Source of the DNA: an uncultured bacterium
GTDB lineage: Bacteria; Zixibacteria; MSB-5A5; UBA10806
Direction: 5' to 3'
Assembly: GCA_965541585.1 (NCBI GenBank)
Contig: CBEUCH010000004.1
Coordinates: forward strand, 180,770 to 244,769
Length of the DNA: 64,000 nucleotides
The notes beneath the pieces were generated by a model. That model saw only the letters and a program-made list of their open reading frames with translations. It was not told the DNA's origin and did not search any database. Positions 37,881-48,158 of this stretch are shown here, in pieces; position 1 is the stretch's first letter; each line of letters begins with the position of its first letter. The translations under genes were made by a program, and so were the position numbers.

Positions 37881-39290
37881 ATGACCACGCATCAGAGAAT
37901 TTACACCAGACTGCCGATATGGCTTCAAAATATGGCCTGCTCACTTGGAGGCTGGAGGTTACGCAGGCGAAGGTATAACGATATATTTGTCGACATTCAT
38001 AAGCAATACATGCTTAGGGGATTAGATTCGGCATCTGCCGTAACGCGGTTTCGCGATTCCCGGATAATGGAATTCGTCATGCACGCCGGCAGGACAGTCC
38101 CATTCTATAAGGCTAAATTCGCCGAATTGAAGATCAATCCGGAGGATATTTCGGGCCTGGATGATCTGAAATGTCTGCCGATTCTCACCAAGGATGAGGT
38201 CCAGGAAAACCTGCCTTCTTTGAAGTCCGAGGCCATTTCCGAGAAAGAGACAATTATTATTCACACCAGTGGCACCACCGGGCGCGGGCTTGTATTCCCG
38301 ACCACCGTCGAGGCGGAGCGTCGACAATGGGCGGTCTGGTGGCGATTCCGAAACCGGAACGGAATTAAATTCGGCACCCCATGTGGAGTTTTCGGCGGGA
38401 AGATTGTCGTCCCGATCAACCAGAGCCATCCACCCTTCTGGAGATACGACAGGCCGGGAAAACAGATCTTTTTCAGCGGTTACCATTTGAGAGGAGAAAA
38501 CCTGCCGGCCTACATAGAGCAGATAAAATCCTCCGGCTTGGAGTGGCTTCATGGCTATCCGTCTCATCTGACGCTGGTGGCATCGTTCGTCATAGAGACC
38601 GGAATCAAGATGACGAATCGGGTCAAATACATCACAACGGGCGGAGAATCTCTGCTGGCGCATCAGAAGGACATTATCGAGAAGGCGTTCGGCGCCAGGG
38701 TGTTCCAGCATTACGGTATGGCCGAGGCCGTGGCCAATATCTCCGAATGTCCCCGGGGAAAGCTTCACGTCGACGAGGATTTCGCGGGAGTGGAGTTCGT
38801 TACGATCGAGAGAAACCGATATTCCATAGTTGGAACCAATTTCACGAATTTCGCCTTCCCGCTCTTGAGATATGATACCGGAGACATCGCATATATCTCC
38901 GACCAAGAAAAAAAGTGTGCCTGCGGCCGACCTGGCAGGGTAGTCGATTGGATCGACGGCAGAATGGAGGATTATATTGTTCTCCACGACGGCACCCGAA
39001 TCGGGCGACTGGATCATATATTCAAAGGTATGACCGCTGTCAGGGAAGCGCAGTTATTTCAGGACCAGCCCGGAAAAGTTCAATTCAGAATCGTCAGAGC
39101 TCCGGAATACTCACCCGGCGACCAGGAGAGGCTGCTTCTTGCGGCCAGGGAGAGGATAGGCAAAAAGGCGGTCATCGATTTTGAATATGTGGACGAGCTG
39201 AAAAGAGGCGCAACCGACAAGCTCCGTTTCGTTATTACTAACCTGGCCGATGAGAAGATATCGGGCAACAGGAAAACAATCGTCCGGTAG
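37881..39290 (+). CDS. Phenylacetate-CoA ligase-like adenylate-forming enzyme (CapK-like)
   Basis: LPILTK, HTSGTTG, GYPS, YGMAE, PLLRYDTGD and GR motifs. Confidence 0.88.
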   Translation: MTTHQRIYTRLPIWLQNMACSLGGWRLRRRRYNDIFVDIHKQYMLRGLDSASAVTRFRDSRIMEFVMHAGRTVPFYKAKFAELKINPEDISGLDDLKCLPILTKDEVQENLPSLKSEAISEKETIIIHTSGTTGRGLVFPTTVEAERRQWAVWWRFRNRNGIKFGTPCGVFGGKIVVPINQSHPPFWRYDRPGKQIFFSGYHLRGENLPAYIEQIKSSGLEWLHGYPSHLTLVASFVIETGIKMTNRVKYITTGGESLLAHQKDIIEKAFGARVFQHYGMAEAVANISECPRGKLHVDEDFAGVEFVTIERNRYSIVGTNFTNFAFPLLRYDTGDIAYISDQEKKCACGRPGRVVDWIDGRMEDYIVLHDGTRIGRLDHIFKGMTAVREAQLFQDQPGKVQFRIVRAPEYSPGDQERLLLAARERIGKKAVIDFEYVDELKRGATDKLRFVITNLADEKISGNRKTIVR

Positions 39291-39349
39291 CAAACAAACA
39301 GATTGAGAACATATTGGTATGATGCTTATGATGGGCTTGATCGGCCCCC

Positions 39350-40672
39350 CTATTTTGCAGGGGATACTATTTCACTTTTCAGACTGTTCGGGCCGGCACC
39401 CGTGATTCTGACTTTTATATAATCGCCGGCTTCCTCATTCGTTCTGCGAAAGATAGCCATCTTGTTGCCGTCGGTACGGCCATACCATTCGTTTTCGTTT
39501 CTTTTGCTCGGAGCCTCAACCAGGATCTCATGAATTTCGCCAATATGACGTTTATTCTGATCGAGGCTTATCTCTTTCTGCAGTTCATTGGCCAGTGTGA
39601 TCCGGTATTTCTTCTCATCAGCCGGGATATCATTCCTCCATCTCCGCTTCGCAACCGTTCCCTGCCTTTCAGAGTAATTGAAAATATAGGCGGAATCGAA
39701 ACTTACCTTCCTCATGATGGCAAGAGTCTCCTCGAACTCCTCCCGGGTCTCAGTAGGGAATCCCAGAATGATATCGGTGGTTAATGTGGCCTCCGGGATC
39801 ATAGTCCTTATTCGATCGGCCAGTGCCGTAAATTCGCCGGCCTTGTATTTCCTGCGCATCATCTCGAGAATCCTGTCGGAACCCGCCTGCAGGGGAAGAT
39901 GAATGTGCTTACAGACCAGCGGATTATCCCGGATCACAGCCAGCAAATCATCCGGGAAATCCCGGGGATGCGGTGATGTGAACCTGATTCTTCTGATGCC
40001 GGGAACCTCGGCCACCGCCTCTACGAGATCGGCAAACGAATGGCCATCGTGATCGTAGGAGTTAACGTTCTGCCCCAGCAAGGTTACCTGCGTGTAGCCG
40101 GTCGATACCAGCCTATGGGTTTCATCCACGACGCTCTCCAACGGTCTGCTTCTCTCCCGCCCTCGAGTATAAGGGACCACGCAAAAAGTGCAGAAATTGT
40201 CGCATCCGCGCATAACCGCAATCCAGGCATTGACTCCCTCTCTCCGCTCCGGATAGATATCATCATACGTCTCGAATTCCGAGAGATCGATTGCCGCTGC
40301 ATTGCCGTTGCCATCCCTGGCCTCGTCGATCAGGCGAGGCAGTTGCCGGTAACTATCCGGCCCGGCTACCAGATCGACATAGACGGAATTTTCCAAAAGA
40401 TCCATCTTCAGATTCTGTGCCATACATCCCAGGACCCCGACAATAAATGGCTTATCGACCCTCAGACTCTGTAATCGCTGGAGCCGCGCATGAACCCGAT
40501 TGTGGGCATGCTCCCGAACAGAGCAGGTATTTAGCAAGACCACATCAGCGATTTCCGGTTTTTCCACTTCGCTATAGCCGCTTTTCTTCAGGATCGATCT
40601 CACCAGCTCCGAGTCATACTCGTTCATCTGGCAACCGTAGGTCTCGATATAGAATCCCGGATCTCTCATCAT
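39350..40672 (-). CDS. miaB: tRNA-2-methylthio-N6-isopentenyladenosine synthase
   Basis: TYGCQMNEYDS, NTCSVRE, GCMAQ, GCDNFCTFCVVP and C-terminal TRAM domain. Confidence 0.96.
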   Translation of the reverse strand: MMRDPGFYIETYGCQMNEYDSELVRSILKKSGYSEVEKPEIADVVLLNTCSVREHAHNRVHARLQRLQSLRVDKPFIVGVLGCMAQNLKMDLLENSVYVDLVAGPDSYRQLPRLIDEARDGNGNAAAIDLSEFETYDDIYPERREGVNAWIAVMRGCDNFCTFCVVPYTRGRERSRPLESVVDETHRLVSTGYTQVTLLGQNVNSYDHDGHSFADLVEAVAEVPGIRRIRFTSPHPRDFPDDLLAVIRDNPLVCKHIHLPLQAGSDRILEMMRRKYKAGEFTALADRIRTMIPEATLTTDIILGFPTETREEFEETLAIMRKVSFDSAYIFNYSERQGTVAKRRWRNDIPADEKKYRITLANELQKEISLDQNKRHIGEIHEILVEAPSKRNENEWYGRTDGNKMAIFRRTNEEAGDYIKVRITGAGPNSLKSEIVSPAK

Positions 40673-40880
40673 ACTTTCACCGGCAGTCAGACCGGTCTCT
40701 TCATTTCGGGGATGTTCAAATCTACATTTTTCAAAAACTCAGCCTTACCATATCAGCTAATATCGGCCTTGATTTTTCATGGTCAAGCGTAATCTGGGAG
40801 CAGATCGGGGCCGGAGTAGCTATTCTTATGGAAGATGGATGACGACCGGGGCTTTCAATCCCTCGGTCTCTCGGAATGCT

Positions 40881-41366
40881 CTAACGTCTCCTGGCAGTTA
40901 CGAAGTTTTTTTCGAATACCTCTTTGGGCACCGATGGCCCGCCCGCCGAACAATAATAATCAAATACCCTGATCAGGTTTCTGGCAATTCCCCCGGCATC
41001 TATGACCTCGATCTGGCTTCTTTGAAGAGCATACGCCAACTTACCATCCCTGAACAGGGCAACGGATGGCGAGGACGGCGGCGTATCGGGCATATATTCG
41101 CGGGCCCTCTGAGTTGCCTCGCGGTCGACTCCTGCAAAAACAGTGATAAGATGATCGGGGATCCGTTTGTGCTGAAGAGCCAGTGCGATACCGGGACGGG
41201 CATGACCCGCGGCGCAACCGCATACCGAGTTAATCACCATCAATGTGGTTCCCTTATTTCTCAATGCTTCCTCGACCTCGTCTGCGGTTTTAACCGGACG
41301 AATGCCTATATTTTGAAGTTCTTCCCACATGGGGCGAACGGTTTTCGGATCGTATAGAGCCTGCAT
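40881..41366 (-). CDS. Bacilliredoxin BrxA/BrxB family
   Basis: VINSVCGCAAGHARP, TVFAGVDREAT and PPSSPS motifs. Confidence 0.9.
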   Translation of the reverse strand: MQALYDPKTVRPMWEELQNIGIRPVKTADEVEEALRNKGTTLMVINSVCGCAAGHARPGIALALQHKRIPDHLITVFAGVDREATQRAREYMPDTPPSSPSVALFRDGKLAYALQRSQIEVIDAGGIARNLIRVFDYYCSAGGPSVPKEVFEKNFVTARRR

Positions 41367-41635
41367 CAGTTATCTCCTTTCAGGGCTGCTGTCTCTCGCA
41401 ACTTTTTTTACTCTCTCAATGGAACGGCGTTGAGATCAAAAGAAGCCGTTCCCGGATTTGTCAACTTAACGATTGAATTCTCGGGCAGGTTCCCAACTTA
41501 TTAAAAGATTACAGCTTAACATCGGCATCCGGGTCTCAATTCGCATACACCACGTTACAGCATATTGGTAATTGTTAATGAGTTTAATGTCTGATTCTCT
41601 AAGGGTTGCAGATGCACCCCGGCTAGGGACGAGCG

Positions 41636-42040
41636 TTACGGAGGAGCACAGGCTTCTATTTGATCCGTGATCAATCCAATATTGATTTCAGCATCAATTA
41701 TCGTGTCGTCCCCATCGTAGCCTATACCTGCGATGGTGCAGGTATCGCCAATTCCTGCTGAACCCTTGCCCGTGAACGACACCAGCGTGGCCCGGATAGC
41801 GAAAATATGTTTTAGGTTAAGGAATTTCTCAATCCGGTCGTCATCGGCGTGAGGCCGGTGTAAAGTAAATATGTCGAGGTGCAAGAGGTCGTCAATGCTC
41901 AGCCCCTTCAGCCTGTCCAGGAGACGTGACTCTCCTCCGATCGCATCTCCGCAGGTTTTTTTGAATAGCCTGTATGATATGAGCCGCTCGTTTCGATCCA
42001 GGACGATCCGGATCTGTTCTGTAATATCGTCGCAGGGCAT
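41636..42040 (-). CDS. Hypothetical protein with several Cys
   Basis: 134-aa ORF, AGGA RBS, MPC...KKTCG...C...AC. Confidence 0.55.
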   Translation of the reverse strand: MPCDDITEQIRIVLDRNERLISYRLFKKTCGDAIGGESRLLDRLKGLSIDDLLHLDIFTLHRPHADDDRIEKFLNLKHIFAIRATLVSFTGKGSAGIGDTCTIAGIGYDGDDTIIDAEINIGLITDQIEACAPP

Positions 42041-42194
42041 TTATCCTATCCTCATCCGCGGCTGTGGGCCTCATCGGCAACCGTCAGTGACAATTAATGT
42101 AGCACCCCAATCTCCGGATGCAAGGTACGGCTCCCGGATAATTATGATGGAGTCGCCGAGGCAATGCAAGCCAAATCAACACCGCCTCATTTGA

Positions 42195-42224
42195 ATAAAA
42201 AAGGGCCGACTATTTGGTCGGCCC
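42195..42224 (-). terminator. Intrinsic terminator of the FadL-esterase operon
   Basis: Minus strand GGGCCGAC-CAAATA-GTCGGCCC-TTTTTT. Confidence 0.75.
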
Positions 42225-42247
42225 GATAAAATCAAGGATCGGTCGGA

Positions 42248-43513
42248 TCATTCGTTGAACGACCCATCATGGAACTTAATGACCTCTCTCAGCCTTTCGG
42301 CTACGAATGTCGAGTGGTCGGGGTTGAAAATATCTTCGAACCCGGAGTATATCTCGAACTGATCTATGGCGGCTCCGGCGGCGTCAGCGAATGCCTGCGC
42401 CTGGTAATGTAAAAGCAAATCGTCCTCCTCGCCGCAGTCGATATAGAGGTCGGTATTGTCATAAACAGCACCATAACCGGCGGAGAATAACGTTGTGATA
42501 TCGTGAGCCATCCAGAACGCCCAGAGAGAATCCACCAGATCCCCGTTAATATCAAACGGCAGGTCCACATGCCCCGCAAATCCGGGGACGGTGAAAGCAT
42601 GAGCGTAAGTTGTATCGGGATCGGCAGGATCATGCGGGCTGAACGCTGCTCCCATGGCAAACATCATGTTTGTGAGATCCTTGCCGGCACCCGGCACCAC
42701 CGAATAGAACGATGATGTATCTCCCGCAATGAAACCGTTCTCCGCAAGCATGGCCGGCATAAGCGTCAGCAGTCCAAGTGCGAAGGGATTTGTTTGATCC
42801 GGATAGGCACCCATGAAGGCAAGAGGACCCGACATAGAGGCTACCGATCCAAACAGGTCGTTTCTCAGCATGCCGATCTTTACTGCGCCATAGCCTCCCA
42901 TGGAGTGACCGGCAATCCCCCTGCTCTGTCTGTCTGCTATAGTATGGAAAGTAGAATCTATCAAGGGGACCACCTCATTGGTGATGTAATCCTGAAACAG
43001 CCCTGCAAACGATTGTGAACTATCCGGAATATAGGAATTCGTGTAGAAGCTTCCTCCCAACTTGTTGGAAGCATCGGGTGTTACCACGATCATGGGTTCG
43101 ATCTGTCCATGGTTCACGAGTTCATCCATGGTTGCCGCCAAACCGAATACCCCCTTGAAAATGGTATGATCTCCGCCATATCCATGCAGCAGATACAAAA
43201 CCGGATAATCGATAAAGGTAGTATCCGGCGGGACGATTACAATCGAATCGGGATCATTGGGATTACCATAGATGGTCGTATCACCCGGCGCAATGGATTC
43301 ATATCGGGGGTATCCTGGCGGAGTATAGACCAGTACGTCGCGCCCCGGGTTGCTGAGCAGGATATCACCGGATATAGCCTCGGAATCGAATGCCAGCGAC
43401 CAGTATAGACCGCGGGGTACGTCGGTGGAATCAAGGGGATTATCCCTTTTCGAACAATGAATCAGAGCCGGCAGAAGCGTCGCAATCAGCAATAATATCG
43501 TCAATTTTTTCAT
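42248..43513 (-). CDS. Lipoprotein esterase (alpha/beta hydrolase, putative esterase/CE1-like)
   Basis: Lipobox-like LIHC; VYTPPGY, YPVLYLLHG and GHSMGG nucleophile motifs. Confidence 0.85.
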   Translation of the reverse strand: MKKLTILLLIATLLPALIHCSKRDNPLDSTDVPRGLYWSLAFDSEAISGDILLSNPGRDVLVYTPPGYPRYESIAPGDTTIYGNPNDPDSIVIVPPDTTFIDYPVLYLLHGYGGDHTIFKGVFGLAATMDELVNHGQIEPMIVVTPDASNKLGGSFYTNSYIPDSSQSFAGLFQDYITNEVVPLIDSTFHTIADRQSRGIAGHSMGGYGAVKIGMLRNDLFGSVASMSGPLAFMGAYPDQTNPFALGLLTLMPAMLAENGFIAGDTSSFYSVVPGAGKDLTNMMFAMGAAFSPHDPADPDTTYAHAFTVPGFAGHVDLPFDINGDLVDSLWAFWMAHDITTLFSAGYGAVYDNTDLYIDCGEEDDLLLHYQAQAFADAAGAAIDQFEIYSGFEDIFNPDHSTFVAERLREVIKFHDGSFNE

Positions 43514-43527
43514 CGCATTCCTCCCCT

Positions 43528-45006
43528 CTAAAACCTATAAGTAAGTGAGACGTGAGAGGCAAAAAGCGTACTCTCAAACAGACCCGGATAATTATCAAAG
43601 GTCCCGTCATCGTTGACATCGTTCAGGGTTGTAATGTCTCTATCGGCGAAGCTGATATATTCGAAATTATAAGACAGCTCTAAATCGCTGAAGCTTATAG
43701 CAGCTCCGATATTGAACGAACTCTTATCGCCGAGATCGGGGATCAGGGGAGAAAACGTCTCGTCCGGGATCGGACTGGGATCCAGATAATAGCCGAACAT
43801 CAAAGCCAAAGGGTCTGCCAGCCGGTATTCGCCTCCGACGGAAAATCGCACCGTATTGTCCCAGTTCATCATTAAGGGAGTATCTTCGGCCGGCTGACCC
43901 GATGGATCCGAGCCATCCATTTCGATCAAGATCGAATCCAGAGAAGACCATTGAGTATAGACGACTTCGCCCGTTAAGGTTAGCTTCTCCGTCGGCTTAA
44001 CCGCCAGGCCGAAGCCTATATCCGCCGGCGTCTTAATTTCTGCCTTGCCGTCGGGAGTGGCCGTGTGATTTTCAGTTGCGAAAAGGAAGAGTATCTGTTG
44101 CCTTTCAGCCTCAGTGATAGCGCGGCTTAGAAGCGAATTTTTCAGATCCTCGTTATCAAAAGTATACAGCTCCTGAGTGGCTGTTCCCTCCACCTTCAAC
44201 GTGGTGCCGGTCTTGCCCGAAATTCCGAACTGTAATTTATCAGATATCTTGTAAAGCAGTCCGAAATTTGCGCCGAAACCCCAACCGTCACCTTCAAGTT
44301 CGGTGTCGATCAATAGATACTCATGAGGAATCGGGATGCCGGATGGTTTCAAAAAGGTTTTCTGAAACGTTACACTTGCCCTTTGTATAGACAATCCCGC
44401 TCCCAGGCTGAGCTTATCATCCATGAAGGCTCTGGCGATGGTGGGATGAAAGTCTATCACCGTCAGCAAGGCCTTATGGTCATACCAGGGATATGGATTC
44501 CTGATATCCATAGCGGGCGTCGGATTGAAAAGATCCCATTCACTGGCGAGGCCCACGGGAACGAATATCGCGAGACCTACAGTGTACTCGTCGAATCCCT
44601 CAAATTTAATAAAGCCGGATACATCGGGAATAAAAGTCGTTTCGTCGTTAGGATACCGTGTAAGGCCATTCCTGTATCCGACCTCGAGTCCCCCATAAGT
44701 GATCTGTGGCGTATACTGGATCCTCGGGGATATAGCCACCAGCATGGAGTTGAATTCGGATTTCTCGAGTTGTGTGAGTCCCGCCGGATTCCAGTATGCG
44801 GCGCTCCAGTCATCGGCCAGACCCCTGAATGCCCCACCCATTCCTATGGCTCTGGAACCGACCCCGGAAAGAGCGTAACCGCCAGCGATTGCTCTCTCCC
44901 CGGAAAGGGTCGTCACAGCAAGGACTACAGTTAAGATTAACTTTGCGGAAGAACCGAATCTTGCCCTGGCCAGCATGGATACGGCTCTTGCGATTCTCCT
45001 AGCCAT
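43528..45006 (-). CDS. FadL/OmpP1/TodX-family outer-membrane transporter
   Basis: GSRAIGMGGAF...DDWSAAYWNPAGL hatch motif; C-terminal YRF. Confidence 0.88.
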   Translation of the reverse strand: MARRIARAVSMLARARFGSSAKLILTVVLAVTTLSGERAIAGGYALSGVGSRAIGMGGAFRGLADDWSAAYWNPAGLTQLEKSEFNSMLVAISPRIQYTPQITYGGLEVGYRNGLTRYPNDETTFIPDVSGFIKFEGFDEYTVGLAIFVPVGLASEWDLFNPTPAMDIRNPYPWYDHKALLTVIDFHPTIARAFMDDKLSLGAGLSIQRASVTFQKTFLKPSGIPIPHEYLLIDTELEGDGWGFGANFGLLYKISDKLQFGISGKTGTTLKVEGTATQELYTFDNEDLKNSLLSRAITEAERQQILFLFATENHTATPDGKAEIKTPADIGFGLAVKPTEKLTLTGEVVYTQWSSLDSILIEMDGSDPSGQPAEDTPLMMNWDNTVRFSVGGEYRLADPLALMFGYYLDPSPIPDETFSPLIPDLGDKSSFNIGAAISFSDLELSYNFEYISFADRDITTLNDVNDDGTFDNYPGLFESTLFASHVSLTYRF

Positions 45007-45098
45007 CTGCGTCTCCTGACATTATGTTTTCGCCTCCTATTATCGATCTCCTTCTCATCCTTCTTTCCCTTTCCTCTTTCCCGGAATGCTATAATAAA

Positions 45099-45845
45099 TC
45101 ATTTTCGATCCATCTCGGCCAGATATTTTTTGGCCTCGCTTTTGTATTTTTCGTCAAGGGGACGCTGCGATGGCAATTCGAGGGCCCTTTCAAATTCTAT
45201 TCTGGCAGCGTCTTTATCCTTGAGCCTGAGGTAGGTTATCCCCATCTCAAGGTGATGGTTAACATACTCCGGGTTTAGCTCCACCGCCCTTTTCATGAAT
45301 GCTAAAGCATCCTTTTTATTGGCTGCACCGAGCCCCATGGGAATGCGCAATATCTTAGTTTTCTTCCCCACCTCGCGATGCCATCGTCCGAGTATATGCC
45401 AGGCGCCATCGTGAAGCGAATCAAGCTCTAAAGCCCGTTCTGCCTCTTTTCTTACCTGTTTAGCCAGACTCGCCGATTTGAATATTCCCTTGAACAGGGC
45501 GATCTTACCCTGGGCTCGGGCCAGTTGGAAGTGAGCGTCCGCGTCGGCCCCATTCAATTCCAATGCCCGCATTTCAACGTCTCTCGCTTCCTCATAGATC
45601 GCCAACTGAGAATCCTTCGGCGTTGTCTCCCCCAATAGGTTAAGACTTCGTCCCAGTTTCCAGAACGATTCGAATCTATTGCTGTCAAGCGAGCAGGCTT
45701 GGCGGTAATATGACATTGATCTCCCGTAATCGTTTAAGTTGTAGAGACTATCGCCCAGCGCAAGATCTCCTTCCGGCGACTGCGCCCCGGCAGATTTCCC
45801 CGCCATCAGGACAAATGGAATTAACAAGCAGATTAGCCTAAACAA
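45099..45845 (-). CDS. Secreted TPR protein
   Basis: Signal peptide; repeated A.ELD/NP TPR units. Confidence 0.8.
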   Translation of the reverse strand: MFRLICLLIPFVLMAGKSAGAQSPEGDLALGDSLYNLNDYGRSMSYYRQACSLDSNRFESFWKLGRSLNLLGETTPKDSQLAIYEEARDVEMRALELNGADADAHFQLARAQGKIALFKGIFKSASLAKQVRKEAERALELDSLHDGAWHILGRWHREVGKKTKILRIPMGLGAANKKDALAFMKRAVELNPEYVNHHLEMGITYLRLKDKDAARIEFERALELPSQRPLDEKYKSEAKKYLAEMDRK

Positions 45846-46335
45846 TAGTATTTCCTCTCGATCCGCATTTTCAATAGTGCCACGCTAAAACCGGGCCTCC
45901 CTGGTGCAAATCGACGGCCAAGTTACAACAATCGTCCGCCTGTGTCAATAGCCGTGTGCACGTTTAAAGGCCTCCGGTCTACGCATTCACCTGCGGATCA
46001 TCATTAGAGGTTTCTCCATTCTTTAGATCATTCGCATAACTCACGTCCTTATATTTTGATTTTGGATTTTTCCCTCTGTAAGGGGCATCAATTTTTGCAG
46101 TTACAACTTTAGATAATTATCGCCAGTTTTATTCTTGACTTTTCACCTGCGTCAGGACTTTTTAGTAGTCGCTGTTTGAAAGTTAACGGGTGCGGATATC
46201 CGCAGTTCGATGTCCTCCACCGAAACGATAAATAGAATCACGACATTATTGTAATGCCCGCCACGATGCGGAGTCAAAGAAGGGTAAACGGCGTAAGACT
46301 GCCCTGAAAACTGATCGTTATGACAACGAAACAAT

Positions 46336-47694
46336 ATGGAAATTGAAGCCGCCTGCTCCCCGGAGAATGTCTGGGGAGAAGTCTTAGGTATTATAAAATC
46401 CGAAATCCCATTACAGAGCTTCAACACCTGGTTTAAGTCGACATCCGGAACCTCCTTAGACAATGACACCTTGGAGGTCTCGGTCCCGAACAAATTCGCC
46501 TCCAATTGGATCGAGGAAAAATTCAGCAGCGTTGTCGCCGGGGCTGTGGAAGCCCACCTTGGGTCAACCAGACGAGTAAGGTTTGTTGTAGGCTCCATTG
46601 ATGAAGCTCCGGGAGACAACGGTAGCATGAGACCCGTTCAGAAGGCACCCCCTTCGAAACCGGCTTCCCCCAAAACTCATCTCAATCCTCGATATGTTTT
46701 CGACAGCTTCGTGGTCGGCGACTCAAACAGGTTCGCTCAGGCTGCCGCCATGGCTGTGGCGGAGGCCCCCTTGCAGACTAAGTATAATCCCCTATACATA
46801 TACGGCGGCGTCGGGCTCGGGAAGACTCATCTCCTGCAGGCCATCGGGAACCTCGCCGCGGAAAAATACTCAACCCTCAAGGTGCTATATGTAACCTCCG
46901 AAAAGTTCACCAACGATTTTATCGAGGCCATAGCACGCTCCAGAACATCTGAATTCGCAAGATTCTACAGGGGAGTCGATCTCTTACTGCTTGACGATAT
47001 TCAGTTTTTATCCGGCAAAGAAGCTACACAGGAGCAATTCTTCCATACTTTCAACGCTTTATACCAGGCGGGCAAGCATATAGTGCTGTCCTCCGATCGC
47101 ACTCCACGAGAGATCAAGGGCCTCGAGGAGCGGCTCCTTTCCCGTTTCCAATGCGGCCTGGTAACTGATATCCAGCCACCCGATCTGGAAACCAGGATTG
47201 CAATCTTAGCCCAGATGGTGGAGTCGGAAAAATTATCTATTCCCTACGACGTGGTAACTTACATTGCCGACAACGTCACCAAGAATATCAGGGAACTGGA
47301 GGGGTCCGTAATCAGGCTTTCCGCTTATCGCTCGCTAACGCGCACGGAAATCGATACCAGCCTGGCCTACGAGGTGCTGAAAAACGTATTTACCAACGAC
47401 CGTACAATAACCGCTGATCTGATTACGAACGCTGTCTGTGATCACTTTAAACTGCTGCCGGAAGAGTTAAGATCCAGGAAAAAAACTGCCCATCTTGTGA
47501 GAGCAAGACAGATGGCTATGTATTTGTGTCGTAAGTATATATCCACCTCTCTAAAAGCTATCGGCGAGAAATTTGGCGGGCGCGATCACTCAACCGTTAT
47601 TCACGCCCTGACCAGCGTAGAAGAGGGTATGAAGATCGACTTGAGTATCAAGTCGGATGTCGATAGAATCGAGGGGTTACTTAAGTCTTATTAG
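46336..47694 (+). CDS. dnaA: Chromosomal replication initiator DnaA
   Basis: YNPLYIYGGVGLGKTHL, LLLDDIQF, NIRELEG and GGRDHSTVIHA motifs. Confidence 0.98.
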   Translation: MEIEAACSPENVWGEVLGIIKSEIPLQSFNTWFKSTSGTSLDNDTLEVSVPNKFASNWIEEKFSSVVAGAVEAHLGSTRRVRFVVGSIDEAPGDNGSMRPVQKAPPSKPASPKTHLNPRYVFDSFVVGDSNRFAQAAAMAVAEAPLQTKYNPLYIYGGVGLGKTHLLQAIGNLAAEKYSTLKVLYVTSEKFTNDFIEAIARSRTSEFARFYRGVDLLLLDDIQFLSGKEATQEQFFHTFNALYQAGKHIVLSSDRTPREIKGLEERLLSRFQCGLVTDIQPPDLETRIAILAQMVESEKLSIPYDVVTYIADNVTKNIRELEGSVIRLSAYRSLTRTEIDTSLAYEVLKNVFTNDRTITADLITNAVCDHFKLLPEELRSRKKTAHLVRARQMAMYLCRKYISTSLKAIGEKFGGRDHSTVIHALTSVEEGMKIDLSIKSDVDRIEGLLKSY

Positions 47695-48158
47695 CAATAC
47701 TCCTCCCAGGCCGATGACTATAAGCTTATATAAGGTAGAGGGATTGTAATCGCCTTTGCAGTATTTTCCGCATTTGCTGTTCTAAGTCGATGCCGGGCGA
47801 TTCCCATTCGGTTCAAAACATGTTAAATACACTGTCATGTTTGTTGGCAATTTCTTGATTAATCAGCCGTTATCAAGGCATTGCCGGTGCTTGTTTTCAG
47901 GGTTCTTATTTTTGTTGACACAATTATCAGGTGATAATATTATTCCACGTGCCATGGAACAGCAGAGGCTGCTAGAGGGCTGTAGGTTAAGGGGTAAGAT
48001 TGGAGGTTTGTCAACATTTCAACGCCCTTTAATATGAGTAATATACTTAAATTAGATAATAAGAAGCCACCAGACGGCGAAAGAGAGCAAGAGAAAGGCG
48101 CCCGGTATCCAGACCAAAATACCCGGTATGCGGTGGTGATCTTTTAGAGGAGAGTGTG
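47695..48158. other. Probable replication origin (oriC)
   Basis: dnaA-dnaN intergenic region; TTGTCAACA-TTTCAACG-CCC followed by NAN trios TAA TAT GAG TAA TAT (48008-48044) and an AT-rich tract. Confidence 0.7.

Noticed and set aside
38022..39017. 331-aa antisense ORF, and similar shadow ORFs opposite groEL, pntA/B, ppdK and nnr
   Set aside because: They fully overlap well-supported genes on the other strand and have no recognisable motifs.
46240..46330. Possible riboswitch or leader RNA upstream of dnaA (AGGGTAAAC...GCCCT hairpin)
   Set aside because: There is only a short stem and no match to a riboswitch consensus that I can recognise; an Infernal/Rfam search would be needed.
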